Source: Clostridia bacterium (GTDB lineage: Bacteria > Bacillota > Clostridia > Oscillospirales > Acutalibacteraceae). From it: a stretch of 56,546 nt of DNA. This document shows positions 1-8,127 of the stretch, in pieces (position 1 is the stretch's first letter; the number at the start of each line of letters is the position of its first letter). Both the position numbers and the translations under genes were made by a program. Below the pieces are notes generated by a model that saw only the letters and a list, made by a program, of their open reading frames with translations, did no database searches and had not been told where the DNA came from. Where the stretch lies: NCBI GenBank assembly GCA_017387475.1, contig JAFOFE010000034.1, positions 1 through 56,546 on the forward strand, written 5' to 3'.

Positions 1-105
1 GATTTTGACGGCATCAATGCCTATATTCCAAGAACAGATAATGAGTTGGATGAAATGTTTGTGTTTAATGCAGAAACAAGAAAGATGATCAGTAATCTGT
101 GGTAA
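1..105 (+). CDS. 3' end of an unidentified CDS entering from the left edge (…DFDGINAYIPRTDNELDEMFVFNAETRKMISNLW*)
   Basis: Frame 1 is open from nt 1 to TAA at 103-105. No motif recognised. It overlaps the 3' end of the minus-strand ORF 89..1249 by 17 nt. Confidence 0.3.
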   Translation, partial: DFDGINAYIPRTDNELDEMFVFNAETRKMISNLW

Positions 106-1249
106 TACCTTCTGGTGACAAAAATTCATCGATAAAAGCTGGAGTGATTTTAGTATAATCTGCAAATGAATCTTTTAAAGTTTGAAGTTGAATTTCAATT
201 TCTGTAAACGAAGAAATTGCGTTTTCAGAAATCTTTTTAACTTCTGCTTCTGAATAATTTCCAATGTTGATAAAATCAGAAAATAAATTTTTTCTACCAG
301 AAACAAGAATTGAAATTTGTGCCAAAAGATGATTGATATTTTCTTCTGCTTTTTCACGAGCTTGAGAAGAATATCCAGCGTCCTTAAGTTTAGAATCCAA
401 CTCTTTTACAATATCTTCTGTAATTGCTTCCAATTGAACTTGAAATTCTGAAATTTTTTGATTTATCTGTTCAATTTGTTGATAAATTTGTGTTGTGTTG
501 TTTTTATTTTCTGTAATTTGATTTTCTGCAAGTAAAATATTCTGATTAAAGTCAGAAATATTTTTTGCAACTTCTGCAAGTCGCTTATTCAAATCGTGCA
601 AATTACTTTCTTGTTCACTAATATCTTCGTTTAATTGTTCAATTTGTTCTTCGATATTAGATTTTCTACCTTCAAGTTGTTGAACTTTCAATTTTGCTTC
701 TTTTTGGCGTTCAACAAGTTCCTTTGCAGTATCAGATTTTGCTTTTTGTTCAATAGCTAAACCGTAAATTTCAGTTTGAATACTGTTTACTTGTTTTTGC
801 ATTGCATCAACTTCGTCTGTATGTTCAACGATAGTTGCATTGATATTATCAATTTCCTGACGAACTAAATCTCGTTTTGCAGAAATTTCTTTAATTTCAT
901 CTTCTTTTTGAGCTTTATTTTGAGAAAATCCTTTTAAACGTAAAAGTTGAATATCAAGTTCGTTATTAAAAATTTCTTCTTTGAGAGCACGATATTGTGT
1001 AGTTTTTTCAGCCTGAATTTTTAAAGAATCGTAGGATTTTTTTACTTCTCCTAAAATTCCTTCAACCTGACGCATATTTTCTTCTGTTCGTTCAAGTTTT
1101 CGTTCGGCTTCAGCTCTTTTTACTTTAAATCTAGTAATTCCAGCGGCTTCTTCAAAAGTACCCGTCTGCGCCGCTTTGGCTAAAAAACAGTACCCCGTAC
1201 TGTTTTTATTAACGCCAAACCCTCTCGGGTTCGCCCCCCAATAAAACAA
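89..1249 (-). pseudogene. Orphan SMC (chromosome condensin) coiled-coil fragment lacking the ATPase head, hinge and C-terminal head
   Basis: FEEAAGITRFKVKRAEAERKLERTEENMRQVEGIL matches the conserved SMC segment that follows the N-terminal head; about 350 aa of heptad-rich coiled coil follow. The first ~30 codons are non-SMC and contain a terminator-like hairpin (1183-1207). A full SMC is about 1200 aa, and there is no room for a head before the tRNA at 1285. Markedly AT-rich. Confidence 0.55.
1183..1207. terminator. Perfect 11-bp stem hairpin (aaaaacagtac ccc gtactgttttt) flanked by A/T runs; bidirectional terminator-like
   Basis: Read directly. It sits inside the nominal 5' end of the SMC-like ORF, which argues that part is not translated. 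Confidence 0.45.
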
Positions 1250-1280
1250 AAAGAACCAACCCTAACGGGCTAGTTCTTTT
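1241..1280 (-). terminator. Imperfect hairpin plus U-tract downstream of tRNA-Leu(CAA)
   Basis: aaaagaaccaaccc taac gggctagttctttt (two mismatches), followed on the minus strand by tgttttat. Confidence 0.4.
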
Positions 1281-1284
1281 ATTT

Positions 1285-1371
1285 TGGTGCCGGTGGCGGG
1301 GGTCGAACCCGCACGGTATCGCTACCAACGGATTTTGAGTCCGCCTCGTCTGCCAATTCCAACACACCGGC
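1285..1371 (-). tRNA. tRNA-Leu (anticodon CAA), 87 nt, encoded CCA
   Basis: The reverse complement reads GCCGGTGTGTTGGAATTGGCAGACGAGGCGGACTCAAAATCCGTTGGTAGCGATACCGTGCGGGTTCGACCCCCGCCACCGGCACCA. It has a 7-bp acceptor stem, anticodon loop CTCAAAA, a long variable arm (class II tRNA) and a GGTTCGA T-loop. Confidence 0.9.
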
Positions 1372-1395
1372 ACGGTGCCTAACTATTATATATAA

Positions 1396-2238
1396 TTATT
1401 TCTTAAAAATCAAGCCGAAAATTTTAATACCAACAAGAATTAGTGAAATTGTAGCCAGTACTAAAGAAATTACCACCGAAACAGTTAAAAAATTGTTAGC
1501 AAGTGCAGTTATAACGGCGTGTAAGGATTTAAGTGTAATACCAATTTTCGACATTTCGTTGGTTAAAAGTAAAAAGGCAGGAATAATTCCAAGCGAAAAA
1601 GATGCGCCTAAAAATGCAGAAAATAAATACTGAAGAAAAGCGCCTAGGTGGTTTAATTTAAACAACAATAATGCGCAAATAACGGTAAGTACAAGCGAAG
1701 CGAAAAGTACCATAACAACATAGTTGTTAACCGACACAAATATTTCAAGCGCATAGCTTAAAAGGGCAGGGTTAATGTAGGTTAAATAAATGCTTCCACA
1801 AGCGTCGGCAAAAGAAACTATGTCTTTTTTAGTTTCGTCGCTTAACTCGGTCGTTGCTTGCTCGGTGTATTCTCTTACCGTTGTTTCAACCATATTTTTA
1901 AAGTTGTCTAGGTTTACGGTATATTCACCACTTTTTGCCAATGTGCTTTCTAGGTTGCCGTAAAAAATATTTTCAAATTCGGCCGTATCAATTTTGCCGT
2001 TAAAAAAATCTTCGTCAAGCCCACTTGGAATGGCTAATTCGTTAAGTTCTTCGGTAAGACACTCTACAGCCAATTTGGTGTAATTAGAATTCTTTATACA
2101 GGTCGTTAGGTTGTTTTCTTTAATAAAATACAAAATACCTACCGATAGCGCAGAACAAAAAATTCCAAGGCTTACAAAAAAGGCAAAAACAAAGGAAATT
2201 ATGGCGCGAATTCTTTCTTTCGTGAAAAAACTTTTCAT
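1396..2238 (-). CDS. Polytopic membrane protein of unknown function, last gene of the sortase operon
   Basis: 280 aa. N-terminal TM, a ~130-aa soluble segment, then several C-terminal TM helices. GGAGA RBS before the ATG. Only 8 nt downstream of the sortase gene. Confidence 0.75.
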   Translation of the reverse strand: MKSFFTKERIRAIISFVFAFFVSLGIFCSALSVGILYFIKENNLTTCIKNSNYTKLAVECLTEELNELAIPSGLDEDFFNGKIDTAEFENIFYGNLESTLAKSGEYTVNLDNFKNMVETTVREYTEQATTELSDETKKDIVSFADACGSIYLTYINPALLSYALEIFVSVNNYVVMVLFASLVLTVICALLLFKLNHLGAFLQYLFSAFLGASFSLGIIPAFLLLTNEMSKIGITLKSLHAVITALANNFLTVSVVISLVLATISLILVGIKIFGLIFKK

Positions 2239-2246
2239 AAATTCTC

Positions 2247-2921
2247 CTAATTATATGGGTCTATCATTGGCCCTGTAATAAGGGTTGCAGTAACATAATA
2301 TCGGTTAACTTTATATCCAACCACATCGAACGGATAACAGGTGTAAAGCACCAAAGTTTCCTTTTCGGCTGCTAAATTATAAGCAGTTTTATCATTTTTA
2401 TGTTTTGGGGAAATATCGGTAATTTCGTATTTATATTTACCGTAGTTTGTGGTAATTTCAATGGTTTCGCCAACCTTGGTATATTTAAGGCAGTTAAAGA
2501 AATTTGTATTATGACCCGATACCAAAATGGTGGAATTTTCGCCCGGAAAATGACTTCCAATGTAATGGCCGGCGCCCACTTTAAGACAAGCGTTATTATC
2601 CCCGAAAATTAAGGGCATAGAATATACGGTGTTGTTAGTAAAAATTTCAATTTTGCCGTAAACAGTGCCAAAAGTAGGGAAGGTAATATCGCTTGCTTTT
2701 ACCGTTCCTTCATATCCAAGAAGGGTAGAATCGGTAAAAATATCGTTATAAATTTCAGTATCATCAGACCACCTGTCGCCCGAAATAGCAGACCAAGTAT
2801 TAGCTGCAATTTCAACGAACGGCTTAAAGGTACAATAAAGAAACAGAAGTGTAATAATGAAAAAAGCTAACGGCAACACAAGGTAACCAATTAGCTTTTT
2901 TGTAGCAAAATTATTTTTCAA
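2247..2921 (-). CDS. Sortase-family transpeptidase (class D/E-like)
   Basis: N-terminal TM anchor, catalytic His context LVSGHN, TLVLYTCYP (TLxTC-type catalytic Cys) and a downstream Arg (VNRYYV). TTG start directly abuts the stop of the upstream substrate gene. Confidence 0.85.
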   Translation of the reverse strand: MKNNFATKKLIGYLVLPLAFFIITLLFLYCTFKPFVEIAANTWSAISGDRWSDDTEIYNDIFTDSTLLGYEGTVKASDITFPTFGTVYGKIEIFTNNTVYSMPLIFGDNNACLKVGAGHYIGSHFPGENSTILVSGHNTNFFNCLKYTKVGETIEITTNYGKYKYEITDISPKHKNDKTAYNLAAEKETLVLYTCYPFDVVGYKVNRYYVTATLITGPMIDPYN

Positions 2922-3485
2922 TTATTTTACGAAAAGTGCGTTTTTCTTAGCAATAACAACAGATGCGCCAAGAAGTGTAACTGCAGCTAAAGTGATAATA
3001 GCAATTGCAGTAAAATCTACCTGTTCGCCTGTTTGCTTAATGATAGGAGCGTTCTTGAAAACAACCTTGCCGTTAGCATCGGTAATTGTTACGTTTTTAC
3101 CATCATAAGTAAGAACACCACCGGTAACAGCTACAGCCTTTTGACCTAAAGAAAGAATTTCGCTCTTAACGTCGTCTTTAAGAACTTTAAGGTCGGTAGT
3201 AGCAGTAATTTTTTGGGCCACTACAAGCTTTTCGCCCTGAGCAATGTAACCAAGAATTTCTTTAGCCTGAGCTTCGGTAACATCGATAGTTTTGAAATAG
3301 TTTTCAGCTTGATTAACATATTGAGCAGGAACTGCAAATGTCTTTTCGCCAATTTTAACTTCTTTTTTAAGTTCAGAAATAATTTTTTGTTCGTTCGCAT
3401 TAAGGTCGCCTGCAGCAGAAACGCTAATGGTCAAGGGAACGATTAAAAGAACTAATGCAAGAATAACAGCACAAATTTTTTTCAT
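2922..3485 (-). CDS. Small secreted cell-wall-sorted protein (putative sortase substrate)
   Basis: The start is taken at MKKICAVILALVLLIVPLTISVSA (signal peptide) with an AGAGG RBS; the longer ORF-track start at 3581 is rejected. The C-terminus is IIKQTGE + 23 hydrophobic residues + KKNALFVK, a tripartite sorting signal with a non-LPXTG motif. Confidence 0.8.
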   Translation of the reverse strand: MKKICAVILALVLLIVPLTISVSAAGDLNANEQKIISELKKEVKIGEKTFAVPAQYVNQAENYFKTIDVTEAQAKEILGYIAQGEKLVVAQKITATTDLKVLKDDVKSEILSLGQKAVAVTGGVLTYDGKNVTITDANGKVVFKNAPIIKQTGEQVDFTAIAIITLAAVTLLGASVVIAKKNALFVK

Positions 3486-3600
3486 TGTGAAAACCTCTTT
3501 TTCAAAGTATTTTGCGTGCATATAAGTTACAATAATTATATGCCGAAAAAAATAAAAAGTAAAGCCTTTTTTGTCGCACAAATAAAAAATATTTTATCTC

Positions 3601-3629
3601 TTGATTAGTTGGCCCTTTTAAGTTATAAT
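3601..3629 (+). promoter_or_regulatory. SigA-type promoter for miaB (TTGATT-N17-TATAAT)
   Basis: Hexamers at 3601-3606 and 3624-3629 with a 17-nt spacer, counted by hand. Confidence 0.45.
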
Positions 3630-3659
3630 ATATTAAATTATGCTAATATGGAGTTTTAT

Positions 3660-5057
3660 ATGCAGAATATTAATTGCAAAAATATTATGCTTTCGTTTGA
3701 CGAATACATTTCAAAGTTAAATGTAATTCTGCCACAAATATATGGAAGAAAACCACTTGCCTGTGTTAACACCTTCGGTTGCCAACAAAACGTGTCCGAT
3801 AGTGAAAAGATGAAGGGCATTTTAGAAGCTGCAGGTTACCAAATAACCGAAGATGACGAAAATGCCGATTTTGTTATATTCAACACCTGCGCTGTGCGAG
3901 AACACGCTGAAGACCGTGTTTTTGGCAACATCGGCAGAATGAAGGCGCTTAAAAAACAAAGACAGGGAATGCTTGTTGCAGTTTGTGGCTGTATGTCCCA
4001 ACAACAAATAATTTCCGACAGAATTAAAAACAGTTACCCTTATGTCGATATAGTTCTTGGCACAAGACATTCACACAAACTTCCCGAATACATCTACAAG
4101 CGCCTTACAGGTGCTGCCAGAATATTCGATATTTCGGAAGACTTTAACCACATTCTTGAAGGCTTACCTGTACATCGCGACGGCAAGCTTAAAGGTTGGC
4201 TTCCCATTATGTACGGTTGCGACAACTTCTGTACCTACTGTATCGTACCACATGTAAGGGGACGTGAACGTTCAAGAAATTCTTGTGAAATTGTTAAAGA
4301 AGCAAAGGCTATGGTAGCTGCAGGCTTTAAAGAAATAACCCTGCTTGGTCAAAATGTTAATTCCTACGGCAAAGGGCTCAACGAAGATATAAACTTTTCG
4401 GGTCTGCTTAAAAAGATTAACGATATCGAGGGCGATTTCAGAATTAGATTTATGACTTCTCACCCAAAAGACTGTACGGTAGAATTGCTCGACACAATAG
4501 CACAGTGCGAAAAGGTCGAAACCCATTTGCATCTGCCTTTCCAGTCGGGAAGCGACAGGGTGCTTAAAACAATGAATCGCAAGTACAACAGCGAAGGCTA
4601 CTTAAACCTAATAAAAGAAGCTAAAAAGCGCATACCCGGTGTTTCCTTTACAAGCGATATCATCGTTGGCTTCCCGGGCGAAACCTATGAAGATTTCAAA
4701 GAAACGCTTCGTGTTGTAAAAGAAGTTGAATTCCAAGCGCTGTTTACCTTTATCTACTCAAAAAGAAACGGTACACCTGCAGCAGTTATGCCCGACCCTG
4801 TTACAAGGGCAGAAAAGGGTAAATGGTTTAACGAACTTTTACTTACACAAGAAGAAATTTCCAAAAGAAATTACGCTTCTTATGTTGGACAAGTACACAG
4901 GGTACTGTGCGACGAAGTTAAAGAAAACGGCAAGATTTCGGGCAAAACCCTTTCTGCCGTTGAAATAGAGTTTGAAGGCGACAAAACACTTCTTGGTGAA
5001 TTCGTAGAAGTAAGGGTAGATCGCTTTACAAACATTCTTGAAGGAACAAAAATATAA
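3660..5057 (+). CDS. miaB: tRNA-i6A37 methylthiotransferase MiaB (radical SAM)
   Basis: FGCQQNVSDSE N-terminal MTTase motif, radical-SAM CDNFCTYCIVP (CxxxCxxC) and a C-terminal TRAM-like region. The start moves to ATG 3660 (TGGAG RBS), because the predicted -10 lies inside the ORF-track extension. Confidence 0.9.
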   Translation: MQNINCKNIMLSFDEYISKLNVILPQIYGRKPLACVNTFGCQQNVSDSEKMKGILEAAGYQITEDDENADFVIFNTCAVREHAEDRVFGNIGRMKALKKQRQGMLVAVCGCMSQQQIISDRIKNSYPYVDIVLGTRHSHKLPEYIYKRLTGAARIFDISEDFNHILEGLPVHRDGKLKGWLPIMYGCDNFCTYCIVPHVRGRERSRNSCEIVKEAKAMVAAGFKEITLLGQNVNSYGKGLNEDINFSGLLKKINDIEGDFRIRFMTSHPKDCTVELLDTIAQCEKVETHLHLPFQSGSDRVLKTMNRKYNSEGYLNLIKEAKKRIPGVSFTSDIIVGFPGETYEDFKETLRVVKEVEFQALFTFIYSKRNGTPAAVMPDPVTRAEKGKWFNELLLTQEEISKRNYASYVGQVHRVLCDEVKENGKISGKTLSAVEIEFEGDKTLLGEFVEVRVDRFTNILEGTKI

Positions 5058-5069
5058 AGGATGATAAAA

Positions 5070-5471
5070 ATGGATATTATTGAACTTACTCGTGAACTCG
5101 GTGCAGCAATTCAAAACACCGAAGAATACAAAAGATTTATGGCTGCTAAAGAAAAGAACGATAACGACGAGCAGCTTCAAAAACAAATTGGAGATTTCAA
5201 CCTTCTTAAAATGCAGTTAGACGCAGAATACGAAAAAGAAGAAAAAGACGAAGCAAAGCTTCTTGAAATCAACGAAAAAATCGTAGCACTTTACAACGTT
5301 ATTATCGAAGGCGAAGCAATGAGCGAATACAATGCAGCGTTCGAAGCTTATCGTGCCTTAACCGATAAAATTTCTAACATTCTCTTAATGTGCGAAAACG
5401 GAGAAGACCCCAAAACCTGTCAGCCTTCAAATTGTTCGGGCAATTGTTCGTCCTGTGGTGGTTGTCATTAA
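5070..5471 (+). CDS. YmcA/YlbF (RicA/RicF)-family regulator with a Cys-rich C-terminal tail
   Basis: Helical protein of about 133 aa, with KRFMAAKEKNDNDEQLQKQIGDFNLLKMQL typical of the YheA/YmcA/YlbF family. It sits between miaB and mutS, as ymcA does in Bacillus. The tail is CQPSNCSGNCSSCGGCH. ATG 5070 is preferred over 5061 on RBS spacing. Confidence 0.7.
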   Translation: MDIIELTRELGAAIQNTEEYKRFMAAKEKNDNDEQLQKQIGDFNLLKMQLDAEYEKEEKDEAKLLEINEKIVALYNVIIEGEAMSEYNAAFEAYRALTDKISNILLMCENGEDPKTCQPSNCSGNCSSCGGCH

Positions 5472-5503
5472 TTTTTAAAAAAACTATGAAAGGAATGGTG
5501 TAA

Positions 5504-8101
5504 ATGTCAGAGCTTTCCCCAATGATGCGACAGTATATGGAAATTAAAAGCCGTAATACAGACAGCATAGTATTCTTCCGCCTTGGAGATTTCTATGAAA
5601 TGTTCTTCGAAGACGCTAAAGTTGCATCCGAAGAGCTAGACCTTACACTTACCGGCCGTGATTGCGGTCAGGAAGAACGTGCCCCAATGGGCGGCGTTCC
5701 TTTTCATAGCTGCGAAGGTTATATTGCACGTCTTGTAGAAAAGGGCTATAAGGTTGCCATTTGTGAACAAATGGAAGACCCTGCTTCTGCAAAAGGTATC
5801 GTTAAAAGAGATGTTGTAAGAATTATTACACCCGGTACTGTTATTGAAGACAGTATGCTTAAGGAAGACCGTAATAATTATTTGGCATCCTTGTTTTTCG
5901 ATAAAGATGTAACTGCTGTATGCTTTGCCGACGCATCTACGGGTAAATCGTACGTTACCGAAATTTCGGGTGCCGGCAGAGAACAAATGGTAATAAATCA
6001 GTTGGCTCGTTTTGCGCCGTCTGAAATAATTACAACTAAAGAGCTAGAGCTTAACCCAAAAATTATTGAATTTTTAGATAATATGGCAAGCTGTATGCTA
6101 ACCATAAAAGAAAAAACTGCCTTTAACGTAAACGAAGGCGAAGAACTTATTAAAAACCATTTTGGCGTAGTAAGTCCCGAAAACCTTGGTATAAAATCAA
6201 TGTCGCCTGCAGTAGCAGCGCTCGGTTGTGCGCTTTCCTACATTTACGAAACAGGTGGCAACAAAAGTATTTCAATAGGCGAAGTAGAATATTATTCCAT
6301 TTCGGAATATATGAACCTAGACTATACAGCCGTAAGAAACCTTGAACTTTGCGAAACAATGCGCGCAAAGTCTAAAAAAGGTTCGTTACTTTGGGTTTTA
6401 GATAAAACTAAAACTGCAATGGGTAAAAGAATGCTTCGAAGCTGGGTAGAACAACCACTTATAGACCTTTTTGCAATTGAAGAACGTCTAAATGCCGTGG
6501 CAGAACTTTCCGAAGATGTTATTCTTCGTGGCGAACTTACCGAATATTTAAGTGGCATACGCGACCTTGAAAGACTTCTTACCCGTATAGTTTATAAAAC
6601 TGCAAACGCTAAAGATCTTAATACGGTTGCAGGCACCTGCGAAAAGCTTCCCTTAATTAAGCAAACTTTAGCTTTAGCAAAATCGAAACTGCTTACAAAG
6701 CTGTATAACAGTTTAGATACACTCGAAGATATCTGCTCGCTTATTAAATCTGCAATAGATGAAAACCCACCTGCAATAATTCGTGAAGGTGGAATGTTTA
6801 AAAAAGGCTTTAATCCCGAACTGGACGAGCTTATATACATTATTGAAAACGGCGCAGATGTAGTAGCAGAAATTGAAAACCGTGAAAAAGAAAGAACAGG
6901 CATTAAAAACCTTCGTATTCGCTTTAATAAGGTTTTCGGTTACTATATCGAAGTAACAAATTCGTATAAAGACCTAGTCCCCGAAGACTATATGCGCCGT
7001 CAAACATTAGCTAACTGCGAAAGATATATAACCAACGAACTTAAAGAGTTGGAAGCAAAAATAATTGGCGCAAAAGACAGAAGAGAACAGCTTGAATACG
7101 AAATGTTCGAACAAATGCTTAAAACAATATCAGGCGAACTTTCACGCTTCCAAGCCTCGGCCGAATCGGTTGCAATTTTAGATACACTTTGTTCTCTTGC
7201 CGAAACTGCTGTCAGAAACGATTATGTAAGACCACGCCTTAATACCGAAGGCATAATAAATATTCGTTCAGGCCGTCATCCTGTAGTCGAAAAGGTTATG
7301 AAAACACCCTTCGTAACCAACGATACATATTTAGACCTTAAAGATGACCGTTGTGCCGTTATAACAGGTCCCAATATGGCAGGTAAGTCTACCTATATGC
7401 GACAAGTAGCGTTAATAACATTGCTTGCACAAATAGGCTCCTTCGTTCCTGCCGAATCGGCAAACATCAGTATTGTCGACGCAATCTATACCCGTGTAGG
7501 TGCGTCTGATGACCTGGCAAGTGGACAGTCTACCTTTATGGTTGAAATGAGCGAAGTTGCAAACATCATTAAAAACGCCACTTCACAAAGCCTGCTCATA
7601 CTCGACGAAATCGGTCGTGGTACATCTACCTTCGACGGTATGTCAATTGCTCGCGCCGTGCTTGAATATGTGGCAGATAAACGAAAACTTGGCGCTAAAA
7701 CCCTTTTCGCAACCCATTATCACGAACTAACCGAAATGGAAAACGAAATAAAGGGTATAAGAAACTATAACATCGCCGTTAAAAAACGTGGCGACGATAT
7801 AACCTTCCTTCGCAGAATTGTTCGTGGTGGGGCAGACGAAAGCTACGGTATAGAAGTAGCAAAGCTTGCAGGAATTCCGTCCACAATAACAAACCGTGCG
7901 AAGCAAATCTTGCAAAAAACATTAGAAGAAGGTGTAACGGTTACAAAAACCGTGGTTGAAGATAGCTTGCAAATACCTTTAACATTTGGTACAGGAAGCG
8001 AAATTATAGATGAACTTAAAGCTATCGACGTAAATATCTTAACCCCAATCGAAAGTATGAGCTTACTTTCAGAGCTTTCTAAAAAAGCAAAAGAACTTTA
8101 A
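5504..8101 (+). CDS. mutS: DNA mismatch repair protein MutS
   Basis: 865 aa. N-terminal MMRQYMEIK…FFRLGDFYEMF, Walker A GPNMAGKST, STFMVEM and DEIGRGTSTFDG. Confidence 0.97.
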   Translation: MSELSPMMRQYMEIKSRNTDSIVFFRLGDFYEMFFEDAKVASEELDLTLTGRDCGQEERAPMGGVPFHSCEGYIARLVEKGYKVAICEQMEDPASAKGIVKRDVVRIITPGTVIEDSMLKEDRNNYLASLFFDKDVTAVCFADASTGKSYVTEISGAGREQMVINQLARFAPSEIITTKELELNPKIIEFLDNMASCMLTIKEKTAFNVNEGEELIKNHFGVVSPENLGIKSMSPAVAALGCALSYIYETGGNKSISIGEVEYYSISEYMNLDYTAVRNLELCETMRAKSKKGSLLWVLDKTKTAMGKRMLRSWVEQPLIDLFAIEERLNAVAELSEDVILRGELTEYLSGIRDLERLLTRIVYKTANAKDLNTVAGTCEKLPLIKQTLALAKSKLLTKLYNSLDTLEDICSLIKSAIDENPPAIIREGGMFKKGFNPELDELIYIIENGADVVAEIENREKERTGIKNLRIRFNKVFGYYIEVTNSYKDLVPEDYMRRQTLANCERYITNELKELEAKIIGAKDRREQLEYEMFEQMLKTISGELSRFQASAESVAILDTLCSLAETAVRNDYVRPRLNTEGIINIRSGRHPVVEKVMKTPFVTNDTYLDLKDDRCAVITGPNMAGKSTYMRQVALITLLAQIGSFVPAESANISIVDAIYTRVGASDDLASGQSTFMVEMSEVANIIKNATSQSLLILDEIGRGTSTFDGMSIARAVLEYVADKRKLGAKTLFATHYHELTEMENEIKGIRNYNIAVKKRGDDITFLRRIVRGGADESYGIEVAKLAGIPSTITNRAKQILQKTLEEGVTVTKTVVEDSLQIPLTFGTGSEIIDELKAIDVNILTPIESMSLLSELSKKAKEL

Positions 8102-8127
8102 TTTTACAATGTTTGGAGATGAAATAA

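Noticed and set aside
1215-1245. tRNA T-arm-like string (ctcgggttcgcccccc) as a possible att-site remnant of an element integrated at tRNA-Leu
   Set aside because: The resemblance covers only about 12 nt and is in the opposite orientation to the tRNA. No integrase is in view, so it cannot be distinguished from chance.
3609-3659. ORF-track 5' extension of miaB (MALLSYNILNYANMEFY…)
   Set aside because: It begins at a TTG inside the predicted promoter spacer, and the TATAAT -10 (3624-3629) lies within it. ATG 3660 has a proper RBS, and the MiaB homology starts after it.
5061-5471. Possible RiPP (SCIFF/ranthipeptide-like) precursor next to a radical SAM enzyme, suggested by the Cys-rich C-terminus adjacent to miaB
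   Set aside because: The radical SAM neighbour is a canonical MiaB with MTTase N-domain and TRAM region, not a SPASM maturase. The 133-aa protein is far longer than such precursors, and its body matches YmcA/YlbF in the conserved Bacillus gene order.
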